Of a DNA stretch of 64,000 nucleotides, positions 52,420-64,000 are shown one piece after another; the first letter of the stretch is position 1, and the number at the start of each line of letters is the position of its first letter. The stretch spans positions 38,564,001-38,628,000 of the forward strand of contig JANJGN010000026.1 in the NCBI GenBank assembly GCA_026770705.1. The letters are read 5' to 3'. The translations under genes were made by a program, and so were the position numbers. The DNA is from Isurus oxyrinchus (lineage: Eukaryota). Below the pieces are notes generated by a model. The model saw only the letters and a list, made by a program, of their open reading frames with translations, was not told where the DNA came from and did not search any database.

Positions 52420-53239
52420 TCCTGGTATAAAGGGGTTTGTCTTAAGAGGAAAGGTTGAGCAGGTTGGGTCTATATTCATTGGGATTTGACAATGAGAAGT
52501 GATCTTCCTGAAGCATGTAAGATTATGAAGGGGCTTTACAGGGTAGATACTGAGAGGATGTTTCCTCTTGTGGGAGAACCTAGAGATAGGGCGTATTTAA
52601 CACGTAAGGGGCCTCCCATTTAAGACTGAGATGAGAGGAATTTCTTCTCTCAGAGGGTTTGTCAGTCTTTGGAATTCTCTTCCCCAGTGAATTGTGGAGG
52701 CTGGGTCATTGAATAAAGTCAAGGCGGAGTTGAAGAGATTTTTGATCCACAAGAGAGTCAAGGTTAATGGGGGAGAAACAGGAAAGTGGTGTTAAGGGTA
52801 CAATCAGATCAGCCATGATCTTACTGAATGGTGGAGCAGGCTCAATGGGTCAAATGGCTTACTCCTGCTCCTATTTCTTATTGTCTGCTTCCTGGGTCAG
52901 GATGGCTCTACATGTACTCTGCATCGGGGATGTGAGGGTGAACACGTTTACACAGTGAGTGGCATTGTCCTGGAACTCGCTGCCAATGGGAGTGCTGGAA
53001 GTGGTGATGAATTATTTCAAACAGAAACTGGATGGACACTCAAGGGAAATAAACTTGCAGAGCAACAGGGTTAGAGTGGGGGAATGGGACTAACTGGATT
53101 CCTCGACAGAGAGCTGGTGTGGACTCCTGACCTGGAATCACTCGGTGACTCCATGAGTCCTGTTTTCTGCTTATTGTGCATTTGTAAATTGATCTGTCCT
53201 GGTTTTATAAACCCATTCAGCCCAATAATGGGCCAGGTA

Positions 53240-53700
53240 ATTTCACAGTGATCCCAATCAGCATGTTGTGGTCTGAACTGGGATTGGGACAGGTACTTTC
53301 TGTGAAGCTTCCTTTAACAGTTTGACCAACTCTGTCCAGGCTGGTGTCCATTCCCACTCAGCAATCCTTCTCAACAAAGCAAAGAGGGGAACTCTTAATG
53401 GGGCAAAACCCTTGACAAAAACATCATCAATCCTGAGAATGACCAGACCACCTTCATAGTTGTTGTTGGGGGCAACTCCTGTCCAGCTTTTTTTAAATGT
53501 TATCAATGTTACCCCCCCACATAGCTCATATTCACTCCTGAAACATTTACCTTCTCCTGCACTGATTTCTTGAGATGAATCTTGAACGTTCCCTGGCCAA
53601 TCCTTGTTACAATTCTCTCAGTAATCTCACCTGACTCTCAATGTCCAGATTTAGCAACAGTAAATCATCCAGCTCCTGTATTAAACTCTCAGACTGATTA
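53240..53700 (-). mobile_element. Gypsy LTR-retrotransposon RT relic
   Basis: LDDLL-like motif and KGFAPLRVPLFALLRRIAEWEWT. Confidence 0.65.
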
Positions 53701-54202
53701 AACTGATTAGTCACACTCCCCTGCCCTCTCCCAGAGCTCTGCAGAATGTACTTTTCAACTAGAGATCCAATTCACTTTGGGAAGTTACCATTGAATCTAC
53801 TTCCACCTTTCGGAGAGTGTGTTCCAGATCACAACTCACTCAGTAAAACGTCTTTCCTCATCTCCCCTCAGGCTTTTTGCCAATTATTTGACGTGGTCTG
53901 TTTACTCCTCACTTTTTGTTAAATCAATTTGCTGAGTGGATTCAGGTTTAAATTTAAACCAAGTTTGTAGGTGTGATGGTCTATTCACACATCGAAGGTG
54001 GGAGAGATGCTGTAGGACTATGGACATTGTTAGAGCAATCAAGGGCATAACACACTGAGTGTTTTAAATAATGACACTATTCACAATATTAAATTCTCAC
54101 CATTATATGCGGTGATTAACATCAGCAGAAACAAAGCCCAACTATCAGAATGAACATGGTTCATTCCTGGACGTCATTAACAGCAGAATCCAACCCCTGG
54201 AG

Positions 54203-55312
54203 TCACTTGTGGACTCGCTGGTGTCTCAGCAGGGTGGATGAGTGAGTGAATCCCTTCCCACAAACAGAGCAGCTGAACGGATCCTCCCCATGTGAACTCG
54301 GTGGTGACTCTGAACATTGGATGAGCGACGAAATCTCTTCCCACACCTGTAGCAGGTGAATGGCCTCTCCCCGGTGTGGACTCGCTGGTGTGCCAGCAGG
54401 TTGGATGCGTGAGTGAATGCCTTACCACACTCGGAGCAGATGAACGGCCTCTCCCCAGTGTGACTGCGTTGGTGTATCAGCAGATCCCTTGTGCTTTTAA
54501 AGCTAGAATCACAGTCAGAATATTGAAAAGGTCTCTGAACAGTGTGAACAAGTTGGTGTGATGTGAGGTTGGTTAAACAAGTGAATCCCTTCCCACACAC
54601 GGGGCAGGTGAACGGTCTCTCCCCAGTGTGAACACGGAGATGTTCAGTGAGATTGGATGACAGTCCAAATCTATTCCCACAGTAAGAGCAACTGAATGGT
54701 CTCTCCCCAGTGTGAACTCGCTTGTGTTTAGTCAGGGTAGATGATTTAGTAAAGTCCTTCCCACACATGGAGCAGGTGAATGGTCTCTCCCCAGTGTGAA
54801 CTCGCTGGTGTGTTAACAAGGTAGATAACTGAGTGAATCCTTTCCCACAATCAGAACAGATGAACGGTCTCTCCCCGGCGTGACTGCAGCGATCAGTTTC
54901 CAGCTTGGATGGATAATTGAATCCCTTCCCACAGTCCCCACATTTCCATGGTTTCTACGTGGTGTGGGTGTCCTTGTGCTTCTCCAAGTTGGATGATCAG
55001 TTGAAGCCTCGTCCACACACAGAAAAAGGGGAACTTTTCTCTCCGCTGAGAATGATGTGATATTTTTCAGGCTCTGTAACTGGTTAAAGCTCTTTCCAGT
55101 CAGTTCACTGGATCACTCTCACTTGGGTGTGTGTGTGTCTCGTTGCTTTTCCAGCCACACTGATGTTTGAAATCATTTCCTAGAGGCAAAAATTTCTTGT
55201 GCTGCATTCAAAGGCTGATGATATTCAGGTCCTGATGAATCAAGTGACCGTCAGATCTTGACGTGATGTTTGATTTGAGTTTCATGAATGTAAATTTTCC
55301 CTGTCTTATGTC
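54203..55312 (-). pseudogene. C2H2 zinc-finger gene (about 9 fingers), probably pseudogenised
   Basis: Repeated HTGERPF linkers. The expected start MEKPWKC reads ACG TAG (54960-54955). Two fingers are degenerate, a frameshift precedes the last finger, and a splice acceptor lies at 55313. Confidence 0.85.
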
Positions 55313-55639
55313 CTGGAAAAGGAGTTTACAAAGTCAAGCCTGTCAATCCAGGACAGAAATTCAGAGCAGACAATTCTAGTTTCTATGGAATATTTTTTCC
55401 TCTCTAGTTGCCCCAAAGCTGTAAATCCCCGTCCCACACACTCTCCCTCCTCCCTGGGCTGAAATCCAAACCCATTTCACCATCTCCAGCATTTCTTTCC
55501 TCCAATCCCAGTTTTCTCCCTCCCTCTCCTCTGCCTGGGATCAGTTCTCCAGCAGAGTGAGAATAAAATAAATGAGTCAATCATTTTCTCTCCTGGTCAC
55601 AGGGACTGTGACTCGCTTCAGCCCCACAAACAGCACCAT

Positions 55640-56059
55640 TTACAGCAGAGAGAAACCATGCACATGTTTTGTGTGTAGTCAAGGCTTCACTGATCATCTC
55701 TCTTGTTAAAACACAAGTGCAATCACACTGGGGAGAAACTGTGTCAATGTGGGGATCTTGAAGGCAATTCAATGATCTGTCAGATCTGGAAACTCAATGC
55801 CAGTCACACAGGGTAGAGGCTGTTCTCCTGCACTGAATGTAGGAAAGGATTTATATCACACTTTCAGTCACACCAGGGACTGCACACTTACAAGAGACTG
55901 TTTAAATGTTCTGACTGCAAGAAGAGATTGAAAAGCAGAAGGGATCTCCTGAAACACCAGTGAGTTCACATTGAGGAGGTGCTGTTCACCTGCTCTGTGT
56001 GTGAAAAGAGCTTCACTTGTTAATCCAACCTGCAGACAGACTGATGAGTTGACAAGTGA
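55640..56059 (+). pseudogene. Decayed C2H2 zinc-finger gene, head-to-head with the previous one
   Basis: EKPCTCFVC, LFSCTECRKGF, LFKCSDCKK and LFTCSVCEKSF with stops and frameshifts. Confidence 0.8.
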
Positions 56060-56149
56060 CAACTGGGGTTGGATTCTGCTGTTATTGCTGCTGTTAATCA
56101 CATCGAGGACTGAACACTGACTGTGACACTGAGGTTTATTTCTGCTGAT

Positions 56150-57215
56150 CACAGAATCACACAATGCAGAAGAAGCCCTTCGGCCCATTGAGTCTGCACA
56201 AGTGAGTAACACGTGACCTACCTACCTACCTAATTCCATTTACCAGCACTTGGCCCATAGCCTTGAATGTTGTGACGTGCCAAGTGCTCATCCAGGTACT
56301 TTTTAAAGGATATGAGGCATCCCGCCTCCACTATCTTCCCAGGCAGTGCATTCCAGACCATCACCACCCTCTGGGTAAAAAGGTTTTTCCTCTCATCCCT
56401 CTTAAACCTCCTGCCCCTCACCTTGAACTTGTATCCCCTCATGACTGACCTTTCAACCGGGGGAACAGCTTCTCCCTATCCAGTTGAAAACAAAGAAAAC
56501 TGCGGATGCTGGAAATCTAAAACAAAAACAGAATTACCTGGAAAAACTCAGTAGGTCTGGCAGCATCGGCGGAGAAGAAAAGAGTTGACGTTTCGAGTCC
56601 TCATGACCCTTCCCTATCCACCCTGTCCATGCCCCACGTAATCTTGCACACCTCAATCAGGTCGCCCCTCAGTCTTCTCTTCTCCAATGAAAATAACCCA
56701 AGTCTATTTAACCACTCTTCATAACTTAAATGTTTCATCCCAGGCAACATCCTGGTGAATCTCGTCTGCACCCCTCCAGTGCAATCACATCCTTCCTATA
56801 ATGTGGCGACCAGAACTGCACACAGTACTCCAGCTGTGGCCTCACCGAGGTTCTACACAACTCCAACATGACCTCCCTAATTTTGTAATCTATGCATCGA
56901 TTGATAAAGGCAAGTGTCCCATATGCCTTTTGCACCACCCCACTAACATGCCCCTCCGCCTTCAGAAATCTATGGATACACATGCCTAGGTCCCTTTGTT
57001 CCTCAGAACTTGCTAGTGTTATGCCTTTCATTGAATACTTCCTTGTCAAATTACTCCTTCCAAAGTGTATCACCTCATACTTTTCAGGGTTAAATTCCAT
57101 CTGCCACTTATCTGCCCATTTGACCATCCCACCTATATCTTCCTGTAGCCCAAGACACTCAACCTCACTGTTAACCATCTGGTCCATCTTTGTGTTATCC
57201 ACAAACCTACGAATC
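56150..57215 (-). mobile_element. CR1 3' fragment with nested short Penelope-derived insert (56483-56610)
   Basis: ORFs 56735-57202 and 56230-56442; TSD TCCCTATCCA around the insert. Confidence 0.9.
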
Positions 57216-59499
57216 CTACTTCTGAATAATCTTTAATCTTAATCGGGTGAAATTTAATATTCTGGCTGTCGGTTTGCTTTACCTTGTATCCTTTCGTCAC
57301 CAAATAAACTATATTACTTCAAGTTATGTTTGAGGTTTTGTGTGATGAAACAAACAGTGATTTACTTGTACTTCTTGCAGCTGAGTTACTGTATTAACTG
57401 CTGACAATCTGGTCTGCTCTACACTGAGAAGATGAAAAACAGATTAGGTGGTCACTTTGTGGAACAACCTCTGTTCAGTCTGTCAGCTTGACCCTGAACT
57501 TCCGGTCATTTGTCATTTTAATTCTCCACCCCACTCCCACTCTGACCCTCTCTGTCCTCAGCCTCTTGAACTGTTCCAATGAAGCTCAATGGGAGCTCGA
57601 GGAACAGCAGCTCATTCTTCAATTCTGCACTTTACCACCTTCAGAACTCAACATCGAGTTCAGCACTTTCTGCACCAATCAGGATCTGGAACTCTCTACC
57701 TGAAAAGGTGCTGGAACCTGAGTCTATGTTTGGACTCCGCTCACTGATCCTAGATTCCCCAACCAGTGGAAATAGTTCCTCTGTCTTCCCTGTCAGCTCC
57801 AATTAATATACCGAAAACTTGAACCAAATCACCTGTTAATCTTCTAAATTTCAGGGATTACAACTTTCACAGCGAGGTGGTGGATTTTGACAGGAAGGAT
57901 AGAGAGAGAAAGACAATAGCAGCCTAATGGCACAGGTCAAAACTGTGTACAGAGTCAGAGGGATCTGGCCCTTTATGTGCAGAGATTTTTTAAGGGTGAC
58001 AGGATAGATTAGGAGAGCAGTTAGTAAGGGATTTGTAATCTTGGGCTTCTTAAATAGAGCTACTGAGTACAAAAGCAAGGAAGTTATGCCTAATCTTTGT
58101 TAGGCTCTGGTGAGGCCACAACCCGAGTATTTGTGTCCAGTTCTGATCACCACACTTCAGGAAAGATGTAAAGGTCCTTGAGAAGCTGCAGAGGAGATTT
58201 AACCGAAAGGTTCTAGCAAAGAGCTGAGGGCAGATTGATAGATAAGCTTTAGATAAAATTGACAAAGAAAATCTATTCCCATCAGTTGATTGTACAAGGA
58301 CTAGGGGGCACAGGTTTAAGTTTTTGGGTTAGAGATGCAGGGGGATGTGAGGGAGAATAGGCACTTGAGGGAAATAAACTTGCAAAGATACAGGGATGGC
58401 AAGCAGAGGAATAGGTCTCACTGGATTGCTCTGGAGAGCTGGCATGGGCTTAATGGGCCAAATGGCCTCCTCTGTGCCACAATGGGTCTTCCCTGGCATC
58501 TCATTTTGTAATTAAACCCATCGAGTTCAGGTATCACTCAGGTAAATCTGTGCTACACTCTCTCCATGACCATTCTATCCTTCCTAAGGTTTGTTGCACA
58601 AAAGTGAACATATTATCTAGGTGTGGTCTAACCAGGGTTTGTGCATCTTGGTGCTTTTCCACAGACAGAACAGACAAACCTTCTTCATTCCACATTCAGA
58701 TGCTGATGATATACAGGAAGGAACCTTGGTTGAGGGATCAATAACAAGGGAGCATAGATTTATGGTAAGGGCAGAATGTTTAGAGGGGATGTGAAGAAGA
58801 ATTTTTTCACCCAGAATGCTGTGGGAACCTGGAATCCCCTGCCTGAAAGGGCGGTAGGGGCAGAAACCCTCATAACAGTTAAGAAGTATTTGAATATGCA
58901 CTTGAGATGCCAAGGCATACAAGGCGACGGGCCTTGTGCTGGAAAATTGGATTAGAATAGTTATGTACTTGTTTGGCTGGTGCGGACTCGATGGGCCGAA
59001 GGGCCTTCTTCTGTACTGTAGACCTCTATGACTCTATGACTCTGTAACAGGGTCCCATATCTTGTCCAACATTTATCTCTCAATCAACACCACAAGAACA
59101 GATTATCTGGTCATTAATGCGCTGCGGTTGGTAGGGGTTTGTGCCATTTCCTACATTGCAACAGCGAATATAATTCAAAAGTACATAATTGCCTTTAAAA
59201 CCCTTTGAGATTCCGGTGGTGGTGAAAGGCACTTTGTAAATATGAGGATTTGTTTCTTTCTCAATCCATGTCCCTGGTTATTGATCAATCTGCTCACAGA
59301 AATAGGTCCTTCCTATATTCTCCATCTCGATCCTTATAAGTTTATATTCCTCAGTTAAATCTCCTTTGCTTTCCCTGTTCAAAGAAAACAGACCCATCCT
59401 ATCCAATATTTCCTCCTCACTCATTTTGATGTGAATAAGGTTCAGCAGGAGTTCTCCAATACTCTCCCCTAATCATATAAATCTGATCTTTCTCATCTG

Positions 59500-60570
59500 G
59501 ATTGTGTTTGAACTGCACCCACTTCTCTTAGTTCCCCAGAAAGTGTCCATTCTAACCCTTTGACTCTGAGCAGTGTTGCTGGTACAGCGGTTTGACTGGA
59601 AATTGCCACTTTGAATACCATTATTCATTGTACACTAGGCCACATACCTGCCGTGCTTCCGGTGTAGCTGGGGACTGTTTTAACTCATAAACCAGCAACT
59701 GTGATGTGAATAATAGCGTGCTGGAGAATGATTTACTTTGAGCCCCGTGATACCTTGGAGGAATGGCTCAAACCGAGGATGTTTCAAGGTCTCAAACTCC
59801 ACCGACTGAGCTAGTGGGACATATAGTGATGACATGTCCATATCCCTGGTCACAGCGAGATAACAGTCTGAATGCAATGGTAGAGAAGGAAATTGACCAC
59901 CAGAAGCCCAAGGGTCCAATGCTTTCCCATCAATCATCAATAACATCATTCACAGCGTCTGCTTCTCAGCTGCACCTCCTTCCAAACATTGTGATCCAGT
60001 TTCCTCAGGATTTGTTCCTGGATTTAATACTTACCTGCATTATGGCCACATTTTGAAATCAGATTCACTTCAATCTCCAACACAAGTTGAATTGCAAACC
60101 TGAAGGACAAACAATGGAAAACCAGTCAGTCCGTAACACAAGTCACTTGGTTCTCATTTCCAGATCCACCACAGTCAGCTTTTAAATCAAAGGAAAGAGT
60201 TTTGTAGTGAAAATATTTTGAAAGTTGTCATTTTTATTTGTGACTCACTCACTCGGGTATTCTGTTAATGATGCTCGGGGGTTTAGTGACCGGGATATAA
60301 TCCACCTGTGTTTCCCTGAACCTGTGCTCGGTGCATTGGGAGGTTTAGCCTGGGTTGGAATATCTTGTGTCCTAGGGATGGGCAGTAACCTGCTGATTGA
60401 AGCTGCAATCGCTGCCTTCTGCTGGCAGCAGGTGATTGGAGAGTGTGGGGCCAGAATATTGCTGCTTTTCTGCTTTTCCCTGTCCCAGTCACTGTGGTGC
60501 TGGAGGAGGAGCGAGTGGGTTTGCTTGAATACAATGACTTCATTGATTTCCAATGGGTCAGACATAGGTA
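59500..60570 (-). mobile_element. Decayed PIF/Harbinger (HARBI1-like) transposase relic
   Basis: Fragments in the expected order: CVGD, IDG, CDQG, LETSSV, WFMS, PATPEAR. Confidence 0.4.
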
Positions 60571-63419
60571 CATGGTTGGTCTAATCGTTTACTCATTAAA
60601 CTTGACGTGAATATACAGGACAAAAAATTGCTTGCATGGGAATTCACTAAATAACAGAAATACTTGCTTCGATTGTGAAATATTTTCTTGCAAGTAATGT
60701 GGACCCTGACAACCCAGAGCTGTGGGGGAATGAACGCTGATAAAGTGAAAACTCCACCCGTGGATGGACTTGAGTCACCAACCAAATAGCCAATTGCGCT
60801 TTAGAAACTGATGGCAACGCAATCTGTCAAGGTACCCGCTTAAAACTTCAGATCGTTACTGCCACATTAGCAATTGTTCTCAAAAGTTTCCTTCTTCCAA
60901 ACAAAAGGTAGGAACATTCATTATCGATACATGGAAACAGTTGATTGAGGGATAAACATTGATCAGGAAGCAGGGAGAACTCCCCTGCTCTTCTTTCAAA
61001 TAGGCTCATGGCATCTTTTACATTCTGGTGCCTAAATCCCGTCATGTCTCTTCTTTCCCAACTGAATAGGAAAGGAGGGGTGTCACCAGACCTATACTGA
61101 GTCTCGATTTCCTCACCTCCATCGTAGTTTTTCCTCTTCCTCTATTCTGAAGACCGACGCAAGGTGATTCTGCAGCAGGTCTGCCATTTCCTCAGTTTCA
61201 GTTACAGTATCCTTGCACCTGTCTTCAGGTGCTGTTAGCCAATATTTGAGACGGGGAGTAAGTATGTTAATCTGCATCAATAATCCCTTTCGTTGACTGC
61301 ACAAACTGCTAATCGGCCTGCCCAGTGACGGTTGAAAATGGTTAATAACTTCCAGTGGTTAGTGTGTGGTGGAATCGCGGCTGTTTTTAATTTGTTGGAT
61401 GTTATTCACCTTGACAAGAGGTGACACGTGGCTGTATGATGCTGTTTTTGATAACACAAGTAAATTAGCGAACTTCCCTTCACACTTAACAAACGGCTTT
61501 TGGCAAAGCTTCTTTTTTTGCCGAGCTTCGAATGAGGGACTTTCTGTATGTTAGGTGCACATGATAATCACTGCACCACAGAAACGACACACTGCTGGGA
61601 TCACAATGGACCTGTCCACAATGTTAACCTGTGCCGCCATGCAGCAGCACTTTGGGTCTTTGTTTTGAAGAAATGGATTCAGCTGCTATAAATAGGAATG
61701 CTGGAGTCAGACTGATCCAACAATGTGATCATAAAATTACACAGCACATTAGGAGACAATTCGGCCATCGTGTCTATGACAGCATTTCACAAAGAGCTTT
61801 CTATAACCTTGGTTTTTCTCGCTTTCTAGTCATTGTCCAGCTCCCTTTTGTAAACTGAATGAAGAGAAACAATATTGAAAGAGGTGCAGGAGTTTCTGCA
61901 GTGCCCATGTGCACCGTGTGATCATTAACAAAGTTTCCCTGATCCAATGACATCAAGAGTTGGACTCGAGATTCTCATATAGTTTTTGAACCAAAAAAAT
62001 GTATTTATGCAGCTGATTTCATACCGAACTTTCAAAAGAAGTTTATTAGGATCAAGCATGTCATCATTTTTCTCAGTCGCTCTGTACAATCTAATTCCCC
62101 TTGCTGTACAATCTGTTACAGAGACTGTTATAGAAAAGAGGGAAAGGTTTGCTGCAGCTATACAAAGCCCTGATTAGGTCACACCAGGAGGACTGTGGAT
62201 AGTTTTGGTAAAAGCACCTGATAAAGGATCAATATTTGCCTTGAAAGTTTCAGAGGAGCCGCATTGATTCTGTTGGTGGGTTTTGGAAATTGAAAGTTGT
62301 ACATCCGCAGCTTGTGGCACAATTTCCCCTCACTGTTCACTTCATGTTCATGTCGAACACACTCGATGCTGTTATTGGCTGAACAAATCTTCTGTGTTTT
62401 AACTAACATCGCTGTTATTCGGCGCTCCCACTCCTGCCGCCCGGGTTTGGCCCTCATCAGGGAATGTTGTTTTCTTGTTGCTGTGTGAACTATCACAATG
62501 AACTGATCCCGGAGTCTCTTTCCCATGGGATCCACAAAACCCGTCACTTCTCTTCCTTCATTCTCACTCTTTCATTCCCAGTTTGAGTCGGTTCTCCTTT
62601 CAGCCCCTTCAACAAATCCATTTGGATGGGCAAGTGGCAGCTGGAAATTGATGGGAGGAAGTGTAAAATGATTCATTTTGGTCGGAGAGGAGAGGAAACA
62701 GAAAATAAAGTCTACAATTTGAAAGGGGCTTCTTTGTTGCACAGCGAGTGGTTCAGATCAGGAATGAATCAATTCGGTTCAGCTCCACAAGGGGGTGGAC
62801 ACAGTTTTACCACCACAAACTTCATTAGCTGTGTAGCTTCATATTAAAAAGGTTCAGAGAGAAAAAGCACGTTGGAAAGATGCAAGAGGAAATTGTTTCT
62901 TTCTGGATGTTTCTTTTTCAGTGGAGACTATTCCATTACCGAGTCCCCATATGCTACAAGGTGGAGGATGATTGAAATTTTCTGTCAAGGCAATGACAAT
63001 TTCGGAATTGATCATGGTGGCGAAGCTGAATGGCTGAAGGTGCTGGAATTAAGCTCCAGTTTCTATGGAGGCGCGGGGTTTGAATCCCACCACTGACAGA
63101 GTTTCAGATGGTTCATATTTTCAGTCAATTTAGCCAAATCCTTCAGTGTGTGCTCGGGACAAGTATAGTGCTCCATTCTGGAGGGAAGATCGAAAAGAGG
63201 CAGGAGGAATTGCAGGGCAGCCAGGAATAGCTGGGGCCACGTCTTTATTCTCTGCAAAGCCATTCTCTGATTTTATGTACAGAGCATTAAGAGGCACATG
63301 GCGCCTGAGTACAGAGCTGAGTTGCTCAGGAAATGGGTTGGAAATCCTTTAGCTTTCCCTGATGTACGTTCAAATACTACCAAACTACATTTCTCACTAT
63401 TCCTGTTTTAGGAATGAGT

Positions 63420-64000
63420 TCACAGAATCACAGAATCGCACAGAAGAGGCCCTTCGGCCCATCGAGTCTGCACTGACACGTGAGAAACACCGGACCTACC
63501 TACCTAATCCCATTTACCAGCACTTGGCCCATAGCCTTGAGTGTTATGATGTGCCAAGTGCTCATCCAGGTACTTTTTAAAGGATGTGAGGCAACTCCAC
63601 CACCCTCCCAGGCAGTGCATTCCAGACTGTCACCACCCTCTGGGTAGAAGAATTTTTCCTCACATCCCCCCTAAACCTCCTGCCCCTCACCTTGAACTTA
63701 TGCCCCCTTGTGAATGACACTTCAACTGAGGGGAACAGCTGCTCCTTATCCACCCTGTTCATGCCTCTCATAATCTTGTACACCTCGATCAGGTCGCCCC
63801 TCAGTCTTCTCTGCTCCAGTGAAAACAACCCAAGCCTATCCAACCTCTCTTCATAACTTAAATGTTTCATCCCTGGCAACATCCTGGTGAATCTCCTCTG
63901 TACCCCCTCCAGTGCAATCACATCTTTCCTATAATGTGGCGACCAGAACTGCACACAGTACTCCAGCTGTGGCCTCACTAAGTTCTATACAACTCCAACA
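63420..64000 (-). mobile_element. CR1 3' fragment (runs off the window)
   Basis: ORF 63577-63978 [30 protein letters not shown]. Confidence 0.93.

Noticed and set aside
62785-62798. CTCF-like CCACAAGGGGGTGG (and GCGCCAGAGGGGCC near 17110)
   Set aside because: Weaker matches without supporting context; expected by chance in 64 kb.
1-64000. D, J or C segments; 12-RSS; IgH-like, TAILV or NAR-TCR V domains
   Set aside because: No FGxG J motif with an upstream RSS, no C1 domain and no IgH-type WVRQ/YYCAR V were noticed. A manual scan may miss very short D segments.

Overview
Eukaryotic vertebrate genomic DNA, most likely from a shark or other cartilaginous fish (inferred from the repeat and ZNF styles). 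About 0.6-25 kb is an antigen-receptor V-segment cluster of TCR alpha/delta type. It holds eight recognisable V segments in both orientations, built on the leader / intron / V exon / 23-bp-spacer RSS plan but with parts decayed or missing in most copies. Only V2 (1986-2448) has an open reading frame, and its heptamer is non-canonical (CAGACTG). No D, J or C segments were found. Four V segments carry a co-oriented CTCF motif 17-41 bp downstream of the RSS nonamer, the arrangement known from mouse proximal Igh VH genes. This is the most interesting signal in the window. Downstream are a decayed LRR (TLR-like) gene relic at about 28.3-30.1 kb, a 27/54-bp satellite in two oppositely oriented arms at about 33-48 kb, C2H2-ZNF pseudogenes, and many CR1, L2, Penelope, Gypsy, Harbinger and SINE fragments. 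All calls were made by eye, and repeat boundaries are approximate.
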